A stretch of DNA of 64,000 bases from Felis catus (lineage: Eukaryota), in the NCBI RefSeq assembly GCF_018350175.1, contig NC_058368.1, forward strand, positions 14,076,001 to 14,140,000. The letters run 5' to 3'. The translations under genes were made by a program, and so were the position numbers. Position 1 is the stretch's first letter. Every line of letters begins with the position of its first letter. Positions 51,852 to 64,000 of the stretch are shown here, one piece after another. The notes under the pieces were generated by a model. That model saw nothing but the letters and a program-made list of their open reading frames with translations. It was not told where the DNA came from and made no database searches.

Positions 51852-53565
51852 TATTCTATGAATTTTTTGATGGAGCCTTTAGGATTTTCTATATACAATA
51901 TGTCATCTGTGGATATTGACAGTTTTACTTCTTCCTTTCCAATTTGGATGCCTTTTATGTCTTTTACTTGCCTAATTATTCAGGCTAGGACTTCCAATAC
52001 TCTGATGAATAGTGATGAGAATGGGCATCTTTATCCTATGCCTGATCTTAGGAGGAAAGCTTTTAGCTTTTCACCATTGATGATGGTAGCTACAGGATTG
52101 TCATATATGGTCTCTATAATGTGAAAGCCTCTATACTCACTTTGTTGAGAGCTTTTATAACAAATGGATGCTAAATTTTGTCAGATGCTTTCCCTGCATC
52201 TATTGAGGTGATCGTGTGATTTTCACCTTTCTTTTTATTAAAGTGGTTTATCACATTGACTGATTTGCAGATGTGGAACCATCCTTGTATCCCTGAAATA
52301 AATTCCACTTGATCATGGTATATGATCCTTTTAATGTATTGTTGAATTTTATTTGCTAATGTTTTGTTGAGGGTTTTTGTATTTATGTTTGGTAGGAATA
52401 TCAACCTATAATTTTCTTCTCTTGTTTGGTTTTAGTATCAGGGTGATGCTGGCCCCAGTAAAATGAGTTTGGAAGAGCTCCCTCCTCTCTGTGTTTTGGA
52501 AGAGTTTGAGAAGGATTGTTGCTAATTCTTCCGTTAATGCTTGGTGAAGCCATCTGGTACTGGACTTTTGTTTGTTGGTAGTCTATTCAGATTATAGAGC
52601 TCTTCATAATTTAGTCTTGGTAGATTGTACATTATAAGAATTTGTCCTTTTCCTCCAGGCTGCCTAATTTGTTGGCATAATATTATTTGTAGTAGTCTAT
52701 GATCCTTTGTCTTTCTGTGATGTCAGTTGTAACAGCTCCTCTTTAGCATTTGTGATTTTATTTATTTGAGTACTCTCTCTCTTTTTTCCTTAATAAGACT
52801 AGCTAAAGGTTTGCCAATTTTCTTTACTTTTCAAAGAACCAGCTTTTAGTTTCATTGATTTTCTGTATAGTCTTTTCACCATTTTGTTTATTTCTGCTCC
52901 AATCTTCATTATTTCTTTTTTTCTGCTAACTTGGGCTTTGTTTATTCTTCTTTTTCTACACCTTTTTTACAGCTTGAGGTATAAAGTTAGGTTGTTTATT
53001 TGAGACTTTTCTTCTTTCTTGAGGTAGGCATCTGGTCTAATGTAGTGTTTAAGGCTGATGTTTCCTTATCAATTTTCTGTCTGGGTAATCTACCCATTAA
53101 TGTAAGTGAGTATTAAAATCTCCTTCTGTGATTATCTTGCTGTCTATTTCTTCTTTAGGTCTGTTAATATTTGCTTTTTATATTTAGATGTTACTATGTT
53201 GGATGAATGTTTACAAATGTCTATCCTTTTGTTGAATTGACCTCATGTAACTGCCATCTTTGTTTCTTATTACAGTCTTTATTATGTTTTGTATATATAC
53301 ATATATATACGTATATATATGTGTGTGTATATATATATAGCTATATATATGTGTGTGTATATATATATAGCTATATAAAGTATAGCTACTTCACCTTTCT
53401 TTTGGTATGGAATATCTTTTTCCATCCCTTCACTTTTATTCTCTGCATGTCCTGACATCTAAAGGTAGTCTCTAGCAGGCAGCAGATATGATTGGTCCTG
53501 TTTTTTGGATTTTGTTTGTTTGTTATTCAGTCCTTCTACATCTTTTAATTGGAGAGTTTAGTTTA
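51852..53565 (-). mobile_element. L1 ORF2 fragment (endonuclease to RT), degraded
   Basis: ORF 52171..52404 gives [34 protein letters not shown]...[11 protein letters not shown], the canonical L1 RT motifs. Confidence 0.93.
53291..53380. repeat. Compound (TA)/(TG) microsatellite with a 30-bp duplication
   Basis: tatatatatgtgtgtgtatatatatatagc occurs twice. Confidence 0.9.
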
Positions 53566-54457
53566 CACGTGTCTGGTGCCCTGATTTTTATGGCTGCCTC
53601 CCAAGGGAAACCTCTTGACCACCTGATTCTGAAGGCCAGAGGAGCTTGTGTTCTTGGTGTTATGGAACTGTAATAATCTGTGTCACCCAGGAAGGAGCCT
53701 ATGCCTCAGTCTGGCATCCCAATTTTTACAATTTGCTGCCAGGGGGCAACTGTATATTGCCTGACTCTGGCAACTTACCCTTGTGAGTCTAACAGGGTTG
53801 TAACCAATGGGGACAAAGTTCTAAAACAGCTACCACCCACAGGGTACATCTAGAGGCAGCAGACCCAGGGACTCTGTCTTTCTAAGAAGGCTTATTAGCT
53901 AATCATTGTGACTACGCCCTGAGGAATGGGCTTCTAATTAAACATGCATCTAGGGGCTGACTATAATCATTTCCAGTCTCTGGTGCCCTAGTTTTTTGCA
54001 GTGCCACCCAGGGAAGCCCCTTGATCACCCAGCTCTTATGGATAGGGAACTTTCATTCCTGGGTCCCACAGGACTCTACCAGTCTGAGAGACAGTTCTTG
54101 GCGGGCTGCTACCCCGGGTACTACACAGACAGCAAACTGAGGCACACCCTCCAGTCTTTCTGTGAAGGAGACCTCTTGAGACCTTTTGGCTTACTTATCC
54201 TGGAGCTTGGCCTTCGGTATGTATCTAGTGGCCTATGGAGTTTATCCCAAGGAATGTAGGCTGTGGATGCCACCTTGATGCTTTCCCTCTCCCTTGCTTC
54301 AGCATGCTAGTATCTCTCAGAAAAAAAGCGTGTGCACTCGTCCCAGTCCCTGGTTTTTATAATTGCCACCCAGCGGATGCTGCCAGATAATCTGGCTCTC
54401 ATGGCCAGTGGGGCTTACACTGTTGGTTCCAAAGGACCATATAGATTTGCATACTTT

Positions 54458-54686
54458 ATTTTTTTAAAAAATTTTTTTTCAATGTTTTCTTATTTATTTT
54501 TGGGACAGAGAGAGACAGAGCATGAACGGGGGAGGGGCAGAGAGAGAGGGAGACACAGCATCGGAAACAGGCTCCAGGCTCCGAGCCATCAGCCCAGAGC
54601 CCGACGCGGGGCTCGAACTCACGGACCGCGAGATCGTGACCTGGCTGAAGTCGGACGCTTAACCGACTGCGCCACCCAGGCGCCCC
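54458..54686 (-). mobile_element. Young felid SINEC_Fc with perfect 15-bp TSD
   Basis: TSD AGATTTGCATACTTT at 54443-54457 and 54687-54701. Confidence 0.97.
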
Positions 54687-55346
54687 AGATTTGCATACTT
54701 TAAAGAGCTGCTGCCTTAGGGTCTGTCATCTAATTAACCTGAATCTGGGTCCTCCTGTTAGGGATACTGGCAGGTCTAAGCCCATCTCAACCCCTGGGAG
54801 CTATTAAAATATAATAGGCTGCTTGGACAAGTGCTGAGGTTTGAGAGACTACAGAGAGCCAGGGCTCTTTGAGTGGAATGGCAAGATATCTCCTATAGGA
54901 GCCCACTCTTTCAAGCCTGGGAGAGGTGGTTGTTTCATCTAATGCATAGAAACCAAGACAGAGAGGCAAGCAAAATGAAAAAAAAAAGAGGAATATGTTC
55001 CAAATGAAAGAAAAAGTTAAACCTCAGAAACAATGAAATATAGATAAGTTAATTTACCTGATAAAGAGTTAACAATAATGGTTATAAAGATGCTCATTGA
55101 ACTGGGAAGAAGAATGTGTGAACACAGTAAGAACTTCAACAAAGAGATGGGAAAAATGAAGAAAAACCAATTAGAAGTTATAGAGCTGAAGAAAGAAATA
55201 AGTGAAAAATTAGATTGGTTCAACAGATTAGATGAAGCAAAAGAAAAGTCAACTCAAAGAGAAAGTAATAGAACTAATAGAATCTGAACAGCAAAACATT
55301 AAAAAACAAAAACAAACAAAACTAAACAAAACAAAAACAGTGAACA

Positions 55347-55557
55347 GGGCACCTGGGTGGCTCAGTCAGTTAAGTGTGCGACTTTGGCTCAGGTCATAAT
55401 CTCATGGTTTTTGAGTTCAAGCCCTGTGTTGTACTCTGTGCTGACAGCTCAGAGCCTGGAGCCTGCTTTGGATTCTGTCTCTCTCTCTCTCTCTCTGCCA
55501 CTTCCCCACTTGTGCTGTCTCTATCTCTCATAAATAAGTAAAACTTAAAAAAAAATT
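55347..55557 (+). mobile_element. Can-SINE inserted in L1 ORF1
   Basis: GGGCACCTGGGTGG head and A tail. L1 ORF1 resumes afterwards. Confidence 0.95.
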
Positions 55558-56148
55558 AAAAGTGAAGATAGTTAAAAAAAAAGTGAAGATAGTTTGAGGT
55601 TCTTAGTGGACATCAAAACACACTAACATTTACATTATAGGTATTCCAGAAGGAGAAGAGAGAACGAAATCTTATTTGAAGAAGTAATGGCTGAAAACTT
55701 CCCTAACCTGGGGAAGGAAAAATATATCTAGATGTATTAATTTTGAGATGTCTGTGGAAATCTTCTAAGTCTCTGGAAAGCTGAATCAAGGAAGGAGAGT
55801 AAAGATGACAGACTGACAAGTTTCTTAATCCTTACGGCCTACTTAAGATCTATGTTTTTCAAGTGAAACCCCTGCAATTCTGAAAGCAAAATTATTTTTT
55901 TCCAAGACAACATGGAAAGCTAGTAGGTTGTAGAGGCAGAATTGGAACTTTGATCAGTTTGATGGCATTACCATGATCTTTCAATTATGACATACTCCCT
56001 TCAGAAAGGAGGGAGAAATAACCAAAGCAGCTTAAGGGCTAGAAATATAAGGGGATATGGGTTGAGAAGTTGATCTCTTAGGTTAAGAGATATTGGTCTG
56101 CAAATAGAGAGGCCAGAGCTAGGAAAGGTGGACAGAAGTTGAAGATGA

Positions 56149-56342
56149 AGGGCACCTGGATGGCTCAGTCAGTTAAGCATCCAACTCTTGATTTCACCTT
56201 ATGTATTGAACTCAACAGTTCGTGGGATTGAGCCCTGCATGGAGCCCAACAGGGGTCAACAGAGAGCCTGCTTGGGATTCTCTCTCTCCTCTCTCTGCCT
56301 CTACCCTCCCCCCCCCCACTTTGTCTCTCTCAAAATAAATAA
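56149..56342 (+). mobile_element. Can-SINE with 14-bp TSD
   Basis: AGAAGTTGAAGATG at 56134-56147 and 56343-56356. Confidence 0.93.
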
Positions 56343-57039
56343 AGAAGTTGAAGATGCATAAAGAGAATAACTGATAGATGGCTTGGCTCTATATTTTCTT
56401 TGGGGATATGGTGATGATGATGGTAATGATCATTAACAGTAAAATCAATAATGGCAGCAGCAAGGTACAAAAATTTATGGTAAGGTTATTCCATGCCTGG
56501 TGCTATTCATAAATTATGTTCTTTAGTCATCACAACAATATAATATATAATGTGTACTTTATAATGTATGTACTATCATTATGCCAATTTTACAGATAAA
56601 AGAATGAAGCTGAGAAAGCTTAAATGGTTCCTCAGATATCACAAAGCTAATAAGGGGTAAATAAGTCTTCACTGAAAAGCAAACAGACTTAATTTCAAAG
56701 CCTGAACTCTTAATCATGTATAAGTTGCAAATGTGGCTTATCTGATAGATATTAACAGAATTACACTATATTTGGTTGTTTCTGTTTTTCTGCAGCTGAA
56801 GACGTTCTTGGCATATATGTTGGCATTTATTATTAGTGCCAATGGTTGCCTCCGTAACACTATGGAAATGCATGATGTATTTTAATAGGAAAGTGGTGTT
56901 TTTTTTTTTCCTTTGAAAAGAAAAGAGTTAAAAGTACAGACACAAAGTAGGGAAAGGAAAAGGAAAATATATGTATATGAGTATAATTGATAATTTATTT
57001 ACAATGTGCAAATTGGAATTGTAAACATCACTTAGAAGT

Positions 57040-58605
57040 AGGACTTCTGAAAGAGTGGAGTAAGGACGTCCAAAGAACTGCTCCTCCAAAAAGCAAAGTG
57101 AACACTGGGAACAATTGTCAAAATCATCTGTGCCACTTCTCTGGAAAGTAATCGAAGGCTTGCACCAATTCAGAGAGTGCTAATTGAAGAAAAACTCCAA
57201 AATTTTTATGAGAATAGTGAGCTTTTTGGTGATTTATCTTGCCCTGTTGCCCTCCAGTTTTTGTCAGCTCTGTGATAGCCTTGAAAATCAGCATCCAGAC
57301 AACTGTGGTAGCTGTGAAAACCAGCAGCCTAGTAGCGCTGGAAGGAGGCTAGTTATGTTGGGAGTTTTCAGGAAGTCCCATCCTGGAGCACTATACTACC
57401 TGGCAGCTCCCTGGTAAAGCTCCGATGAGCTTGTCACTATTTAACCTGATTAGAGCTTGCTCAATGAGAAAAGCCCTAGATATTTTTTGAAATAATCAGC
57501 AGCATTTTTTTTTTTGTAATATCGCAAGTGCTCAAGGTGGCAGTACTAGTTGGGAAAATAAGAACCTTACCAAAAAGCTTAAAAGGAAGTCCTGAAAATG
57601 AGATATTCTTACTCTGGGGCCTATATTCAGGTCCAGGAAAGACCTGAGAAGGCCCCAGTCACTCACCTCTGGCTAACCTTGAAGGCTCTGTGCAAACAAG
57701 AAATGAAGACCAAGGGAGAGTTTAAAATAGAATTGTTGGAAGCATGCCCTACCACACACCCAAAGCTTCTGGCAAAGAGCAGAAGACATACTGGTGCAAG
57801 ATATTTAAGGCACTCTCTGTCTAATCATTGCCAGATCACTAAGCTAACTGAACAGAAATATAGAATATAGATTTTATGAAATCTGTTCAGGCAAGTCAAC
57901 AAACAGAACAGTGATCCCTATAGGAAGGGTCTTATTTTCAAGATTTCCACATTAAATTATTGAACATATTCAGTTTTCAACAAAAAATTTTTGAAACTTG
58001 TAAAGAAAAAGGAAAGTATGGCAAATACACAGGGGAGAAAAGCAGTCCATAGAATTGCCTTTGAGGAAGCCTCGATGTTGGACTGATTAGACAAATCTTT
58101 TAAACCAGCTATTATACATATGCAATTAAAGGAACACTTTTCTAAAGAATTAGAAGTATGAAGGTGATGGCTCACCAAAGGAAGACATCAATAAATATTA
58201 TAGGAAAGAAATAAATAGCAAATCTTAAGTTGTAAATTGTAATAACTAAAATAAAAATTCATTAGAGGGGTTCAGCAGAAGATTTAGGTTGGCAGAGGAA
58301 AGAATCAGCATACTTGAAGACAGGACAATTTCTATTCTCTCACTCTGAGGAACAGAATGAGGAGCAGAATGAAGAAAGGTTGGAGAGCCTCAGATACCTG
58401 TGAGACACCATCAAGTGAAGCAACATACAAATAATGGGAGTCTTAGGGGAGAAGGGAGGAGACAGAAATAGGAAGAAAAAAATTTTAAAGAAATAATGGC
58501 CTGAAAATTTTCCAAATTTGATGAAAATCAGCAGTATGCACATACAAAGAGCTTAATGCACTCCAAGTAAGATAAATTCAAACAGATCGAAACATCACTG
58601 TCAAA
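57040..58605 (+). mobile_element. Old L1M 5' UTR plus ORF1 relic
   Basis: agagcctcagatacctgtgagacaccatcaag...aaagaaataatggcctgaaaattttccaaatttgatgaaa. Confidence 0.8.
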
Positions 58606-59057
58606 ACATCAGTTAGAAGTATCTTCCTGGCTCCTAATTGTTTCTTCGGAACTATAATTTTGTCTGTTATGAGTGTATTCATTCATATGGGTAATATGGA
58701 TTCTTAAAGTTGTATTCTTATACGATTAGTGTAACAAACCAAAAATTGAATCACATAAAGAATTGCAAAAATTACTTAATGCCTTGCAGTCTTTTTTGTG
58801 TGTAAAATGAATAATAATGATTTTTAAATCTTTTTGTATATAGCTGGCCTTTTTCTTCCTTGGAGTTTAGGTTAATTTTTGCATAACTTGGCATTTCGGG
58901 ATTTAATATGAACAAAATGTACAATGTAGTTATATGCAGTTTTTATGTTTTATGTTAAATTACTCTAATGTGATTTAGTTTGCTTTGAGCAAACAATGTT
59001 AATATAATTTTTAGTGCTACACTAACAAGGAGCTGTGTCTTCCTTTCATGTTATTTC

Positions 59058-59284
59058 TCTTTTTTTTAAGTTGATTTATTTTAGACAGAGAGTGTTAGCA
59101 GGGGAGGAGGGAAGGGAGAGAGAGAAAGGAAAGAGAGAGAGAGAGAGAGAGAGAGAATGAGAATCCCAAGCAGGCTCTGTACTGTCAGCCCAGGGCCGGG
59201 ACATGGGGCTCAAACTCACAAAACAGATGATGACCTGAGTTGAAACCAAGAGTTGGGACACTTAACTAAGTCACTCAGGTGCCT
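59058..59284 (-). mobile_element. Can-SINE (older)
   Basis: (GA)n and gaatcccaagcaggctc, with degenerate TSD tcatgttattt / tcatgttgttt. Confidence 0.9.
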
Positions 59285-60094
59285 CTCATGTTGTTTATTT
59301 AAGTAGTTTGGAAAATAGCCATTTGAATAACTTAATAGGGAAGACATATTGAAACACTTTATAAATCGCTCTAAAATGAAATTTTTGGAGAAAAGAATGT
59401 GATAATTGAGGTCCCCATATTAGAAATCATGTCATTTGCTGAAGTTAACCCTACATGTTTCCTAAAATTCATTAGGTTCAATGGAAAACAGTAAGTAAAA
59501 GAGGCATCTGGCATCCAACCACCCATTTCAGATAAGGTTAAGAACACTCAGGCCAATCATATTTCTTGTTTGGTGTACTAATGTGGCCTCTTGCTGCAGA
59601 GATGATAAAGAATAATTGAAAAATTACAAGTCTACTGTCATTGATCTAACCGGGGAAGATGCAATCTTTTGTACTTTCTCTGTTGTTCATGCTTAACATC
59701 CTATTGAAGTCACTTGGGTTAAATCCTCAAAGTACTTTGGTTTCCCAGAGAAGCATTCTGGAAATGCATAAGCTATCTAAGTAGAAGCTGATGTTATCAA
59801 CTAAGAGCATGCTCTGTAAAAGATGTTAATGCATAATTGGAAATTAAAATACGCTTTTTCACTACTAGTCTGTTTTTTATTTGCACTTACTATTATAAAA
59901 TTTTCCATTAGTGTTTATGCTACATAATTTGATGACAAAGTATGCTTTATACAGTTTATTTATTTTAATAGAATTCTTATTGAAATATCAAAATTACTGC
60001 TTCATTTTTAAATCATTAGTTTATTAGACACAGTAAAAAAATTATTACTGTGTAAATATTTTGGTGAGTCATTTGAAAATATTTAAATATTCAA

Positions 60095-60288
60095 TTTTTT
60101 AAATGTTTACTTATCTTTAAGGGAGAGATCTCAAGTGGGGGAGGGGCAGAAAGAGAGGGTGACAGAGGATCTGAAGTGGGCTCCATGCTGACATCAGCAA
60201 GCTGGATGCAGGACTTGAACCCACAAACCCTGAGATCATGACCTGAGCTGAAGTTGGATGCTCAACTGACTGAGCCACCCAGGCACCT
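60095..60288 (-). mobile_element. Can-SINE
   Basis: ...ctgactgagccacccaggcacc, with short TSD AATATTCA. Confidence 0.92.
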
Positions 60289-61779
60289 CTCAATATTCAG
60301 TTTTAGTAAACTTAACTGTGTTTTGTAATGGAGAGGTCAACATTTATATTTGAGTACCAAATATCTATTTAGTGAGTTATAGATTTTCATTGTTCCTTGA
60401 GAGTCAGTTCAACAGAAAGGCAAAAATTGCATAGTTGGTGGAAAAATCTTTTAAATGATATCTTGTAGACACTAAGTCTAAGACTTTATCTACTTACATA
60501 TTTTGTTTGTAGCAAAATGCTTGTATTTCAAGTTCATATAACTTGAGAAGTTTACATTTTTGTGTAGCTCTTAATATAAAACACACCATAAATAAAGGTA
60601 CTGAGACATCACATTATGATAAACTCAGACTCTAAGCTAAACCTATAAAGTAGGTAAATTCAAACTAAGAACTAGTCTTGACTATCTGCCTTTTGAGAAT
60701 TAAATTCTGGAAGAAGCTCATGCTGGTAACCATGCCACTGTGATTTATTGTTAATGTTAGAGTTCTTATTTTGTTTCTGCATTTACATTTTCTGTCCTGT
60801 TGCCATAGAGACTTCACTACTACTATTTAATTTTCTGATTTTTCTGCCACAATTGTTTTCACTGCCAAATATATAATCTATAGATGTAAATGTGAATTAA
60901 ATAAATTCAGTAGTACGTCTAATAGTAACTTCCTTAGAGTTGTTTTCTCATTTTTCATTCCTAGGTTTTTTTCATGAAGTTTTAAAGTTTCAATTATCAT
61001 TTTAGTTTGAGTAATCCCAAAATATATGGCTATATCTCTTTTTTACCTAATGGGTATAAATATTTCAGAGATTCTGTATTCAATTGATTTCAATATTTAT
61101 TAAATTTCTGAACAAACTTGCTAATCCTTTGCTTCCTTCCTCACTTAGTGACATTCTCCATTCTTCTTTTTCTTAAACTAGGTATTCCAGAAGCATCTTT
61201 GTTCTTTCCCTTCTTTCTCATTCTCAATGCTATTATTCTGATTTAAGTCTTAATTTTCTGTCACAGAGTTTTATTAAAAAAAAGATGCCAAACTCTAACC
61301 TTATTTCTTACCTTTTCCTTCTCCAGTGCTTTGCCAATAGTATTATTAAAATTATATTTCTTCTCAAAACTTTCATGTAGTTATCTTAAATTTTTAGTCT
61401 TGTAACAAAAAAGAGTAGGTCTACACTGTTTTTCATGTTGGTCATCCAGTGTTTGAATATTATTGTCATGTTCGACTGATTAATCTTTTCTTCTTTAAAT
61501 ACGGACTCCTTTGACCAACCAAATAAACCTATTTAATAAATATGAGGGAAACTACAATAAAACACTGAAATGTGAGAGATGTACATTTTTAGGCAATTTA
61601 AATGAATATTATATATTAAGTTGAATAATATGAAGATGTTATATTTATAAAGTAATGTACATATCTAATACAATTTGAATAAAAAAAGGCATTTTCTTTC
61701 TTTTGAAAACGTGACAAAATTATTCTGAAATCTGGAAAAATCAATAAATTCATCTCAGTAAATGTGGATGTCATGATAT

Positions 61780-62040
61780 TAATCTACATTTAAGGAATTA
61801 GCAAAAGTAGAGTCTAAGAATTAAGCCCTGTTGCCAGAGAAATCCCTTCACATTGTATTTTATCCTTTAGCATGTTTTCTCATTGAACAAATTAGGATCC
61901 CACCCAAAAAGTAGTATCATCAAAACATTTCTATGTGTTTTTACAAGAGACTTCAGCAAGATTTTGTGAGATGTCATATTGAAATCAAAATAGCCTGTTC
62001 CCTATTGGGCATTCTCCTGATTTTCTGTTTTTAAATAATC
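61780..62040 (-). mobile_element. Possible CR1/L3 RT relic
   Basis: The minus strand near 61960-61997 reads YFDFNMTSHKI, resembling the CR1 motif YLDFSKAFDKVSH. Confidence 0.4.
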
Positions 62041-63174
62041 TTTCAAAACACAGAAACAAACAACCAAAACAACAAAACTCTGAGGGCAGTTTTATAGAAT
62101 TTACAGATGTTCATTTTGAAGAGATCTTAGAAATAGTCTGCCCTTCTTATTTTACAATGAATAAACTTATAAAAAGTCTGAGTAATACAAGTAGCCAACA
62201 ATTTACTAAGTATCTACTTTATATGGGAACTGCAAATATTTTACCTATGTATCTTATTTTCTTCTTCAACATGACTTTATTAAGACCTATTATTCCTGTT
62301 ATACCTAGATTATATCAATTTTTCAAGGTCACCATGTAGAATTTAATAACATTTTATTATATGCGGAACTCCATTATATTAACATTTGCATAATGACATT
62401 TGATAGGCATTTAATATTTTAAAGATGGTTTTCTATTTTAATTGGTAATATCATATACGTATTTCACACCTGTATATATTTTAACTGCTGTAGTGTTCAT
62501 AAATTGAAATTTATATTTATTCACAAAAAATGAATATGAGTATTCCAAAATAATTGTTCTCAAAGGCACATATAGGCTAAATTCTTGCGGAGCATTATTT
62601 TCTTACTAAATTATTTATCCTTTTGAAATTATTATTTGGCGTACTTTTTGCTATTGACTTCAGAATTTTGGTATAATATGTGTGTGATTTTAAATATAAT
62701 TTAAAAATAATATCTTCAGTTGGTTTAAATATTTCAGTTAGATATTATTGGTTATTGAAATGCAAAAAGGTATACAATGACTTCATATTTTTAAAGATAA
62801 CATTAGGGAAGCATAAGAATGTCTCGTCTCATTGGTTGCTAACACTGAAAGGCTGGAGGGGAATTTCATATTATTTATAAGCTGCTATAAGAAATTGTTG
62901 CGGGTACTATTTCTCTGTGCTTTTAAAGAAATCAATTTTGAAATGCCAAGTGGCTTATAAAAGAAACAGGGTTCTGCTATGCTTCTTGAACAAAATGACA
63001 GGTGTACATGGATGATATGTTTTAATCCAGTAGTTGTTATGCACCTTCATTTAGCAGACTTTTTGTCTCTCACAGGCTTTATATTCTTTATTCTAATATG
63101 TGAGAATATTTTATTAAATATGCTGGATTTTCGCTTGTGAAGCTTTTTGTTTAAACCAGTTTCTTTTATTACAG

Positions 63175-63613
63175 AAACACCTGCTACATTTCCAGACACT
63201 ATAAAGGAAAAAGAAACACCAACCCCTGGTGAAGATATTCAGCTAGAAAGTTCTATTCCACATACAGATTCGGGAATCGGAGAGGAGCAAGTGGCTAGCA
63301 TCCTGAATGGGGCAGAATTAGAGCCCGGCACAGGCCCTGATGCCATGAGTGAGCTGTTATCTACTTTGTCATCAGAAGTGAAAAAATCACAGGAAAGCTT
63401 AACGGAGAACCCCAGTGAACTGTTGAAACCTGCACCATCCATATCTAGCATTAGTCAAACCAAAGGCATCAATGTCAAGGAAATACTGAAAAGTCTTGTG
63501 GCTGCCCCAGTCGAAATTGCAGAATGTGGCCCTGAACCTATCCCATATCCAGATCCAGCATTGAAGAGAGAAGCGCAAGCTATTCTTCCTATGCAGTTTC
63601 ATTCCTTTGACAG
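63175..63613 (+). CDS. NBEA: NBEA coding exon (439 nt, phase 1->2): ETPATFPDTIKEKETP...LPMQFHSFDR
   Basis: ttattacag|AA acceptor and CAG|gtaggt donor. Lies within ORF 63147..63617. Confidence 0.96.
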
Positions 63614-63846
63614 GTAGGTACTTAACTGATTATTCACAGGATTCTAAATAAGGACTTTATTAATTGAAAACTATTCAGACGATCTTGAAAACCTTATATT
63701 TAGTAATGTAAATTCTGACTGTAAAGAATATCAAAGCGCTAGGCCAACCAGATTGATCTCATACATAGTAAGGCATTTAATAATACATCTCTAAAAAGGA
63801 GTTTTAATATGATATGCAGGATGGCGCACTAAATTAGAAATAGGGA

Positions 63847-64000
63847 GGGGTGCCTGGGGGCTCACTGGGTTAAACATCCGACTTTGGCTCAGGTCATGGG
63901 TTCATGCCCCATGTCCAGCTCTATGCTGACAGCTAGGGGCCTGGAGCCTGCTTCTGATTGATTCTGTGTCTCCCTGTCTCTCTCTGCCCCTCCCCCGCTC
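63847..64000 (+). mobile_element. Can-SINE, cut by the window end
   Basis: GGGGTGCCTGGGGGCTCA head and cctggagcctgcttc. Confidence 0.92.

Larger units (their letters stand above)
53566..55730 (+). mobile_element. L1 5' UTR (repeated monomer-like units) and ORF1 fragment, with two SINE insertions
   Basis: ORF 55078..55287 (VIKMLIELGRRMCEHSKNFNKE) is L1 ORF1p coiled-coil like, followed by gctgaaaacttccctaacctggggaagg. tctggtgccc...tttt units recur upstream. Confidence 0.8.

Noticed and set aside
52171..52404. Reverse-transcriptase-like ORF as a novel RT system
   Set aside because: It is an ordinary degraded L1 ORF2 fragment with frameshifts and stops nearby.
1..64000. Nested MAB21L1 gene known to lie in an NBEA intron; BEACH, PH and WD40 domain exons
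   Set aside because: No long minus-strand single-exon ORF and no such motifs occur here. They are expected further 3', outside the window.

Overview
This is AT-rich mammalian genomic DNA. Abundant Can-SINEs of the felid SINEC_Fc type and L1_Carn fragments point to a cat-family genome. The whole window lies inside one + strand gene, neurobeachin (NBEA), and contains neither its start nor its stop codon. I reconstructed 14 GT-AG coding exons (6061-63613, 3030 nt) whose phases join into one open frame, running from RKVEIMHTHSLF... to ...PMQFHSFDR. These include the 1017-nt exon carrying the PKA-RII anchoring helix and a 9-nt microexon (GSK, 30345-30353) that the ORF track misses. Introns hold SINEs, L1/L2/MIR/CR1 relics, MaLR LTRs and hAT (Cheshire/MER58) elements. 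I found no evidence of a new gene system. The most interesting signals are splicing-regulatory (neural-type microexon, a 96-nt cassette exon with a possible poison acceptor, in-frame tandem acceptors), plus a CTCF-like motif, a perfect AT-rich palindrome, inverted young SINE pairs and a rearranged L1. Repeat family names and boundaries are by-eye recognition, not database hits.
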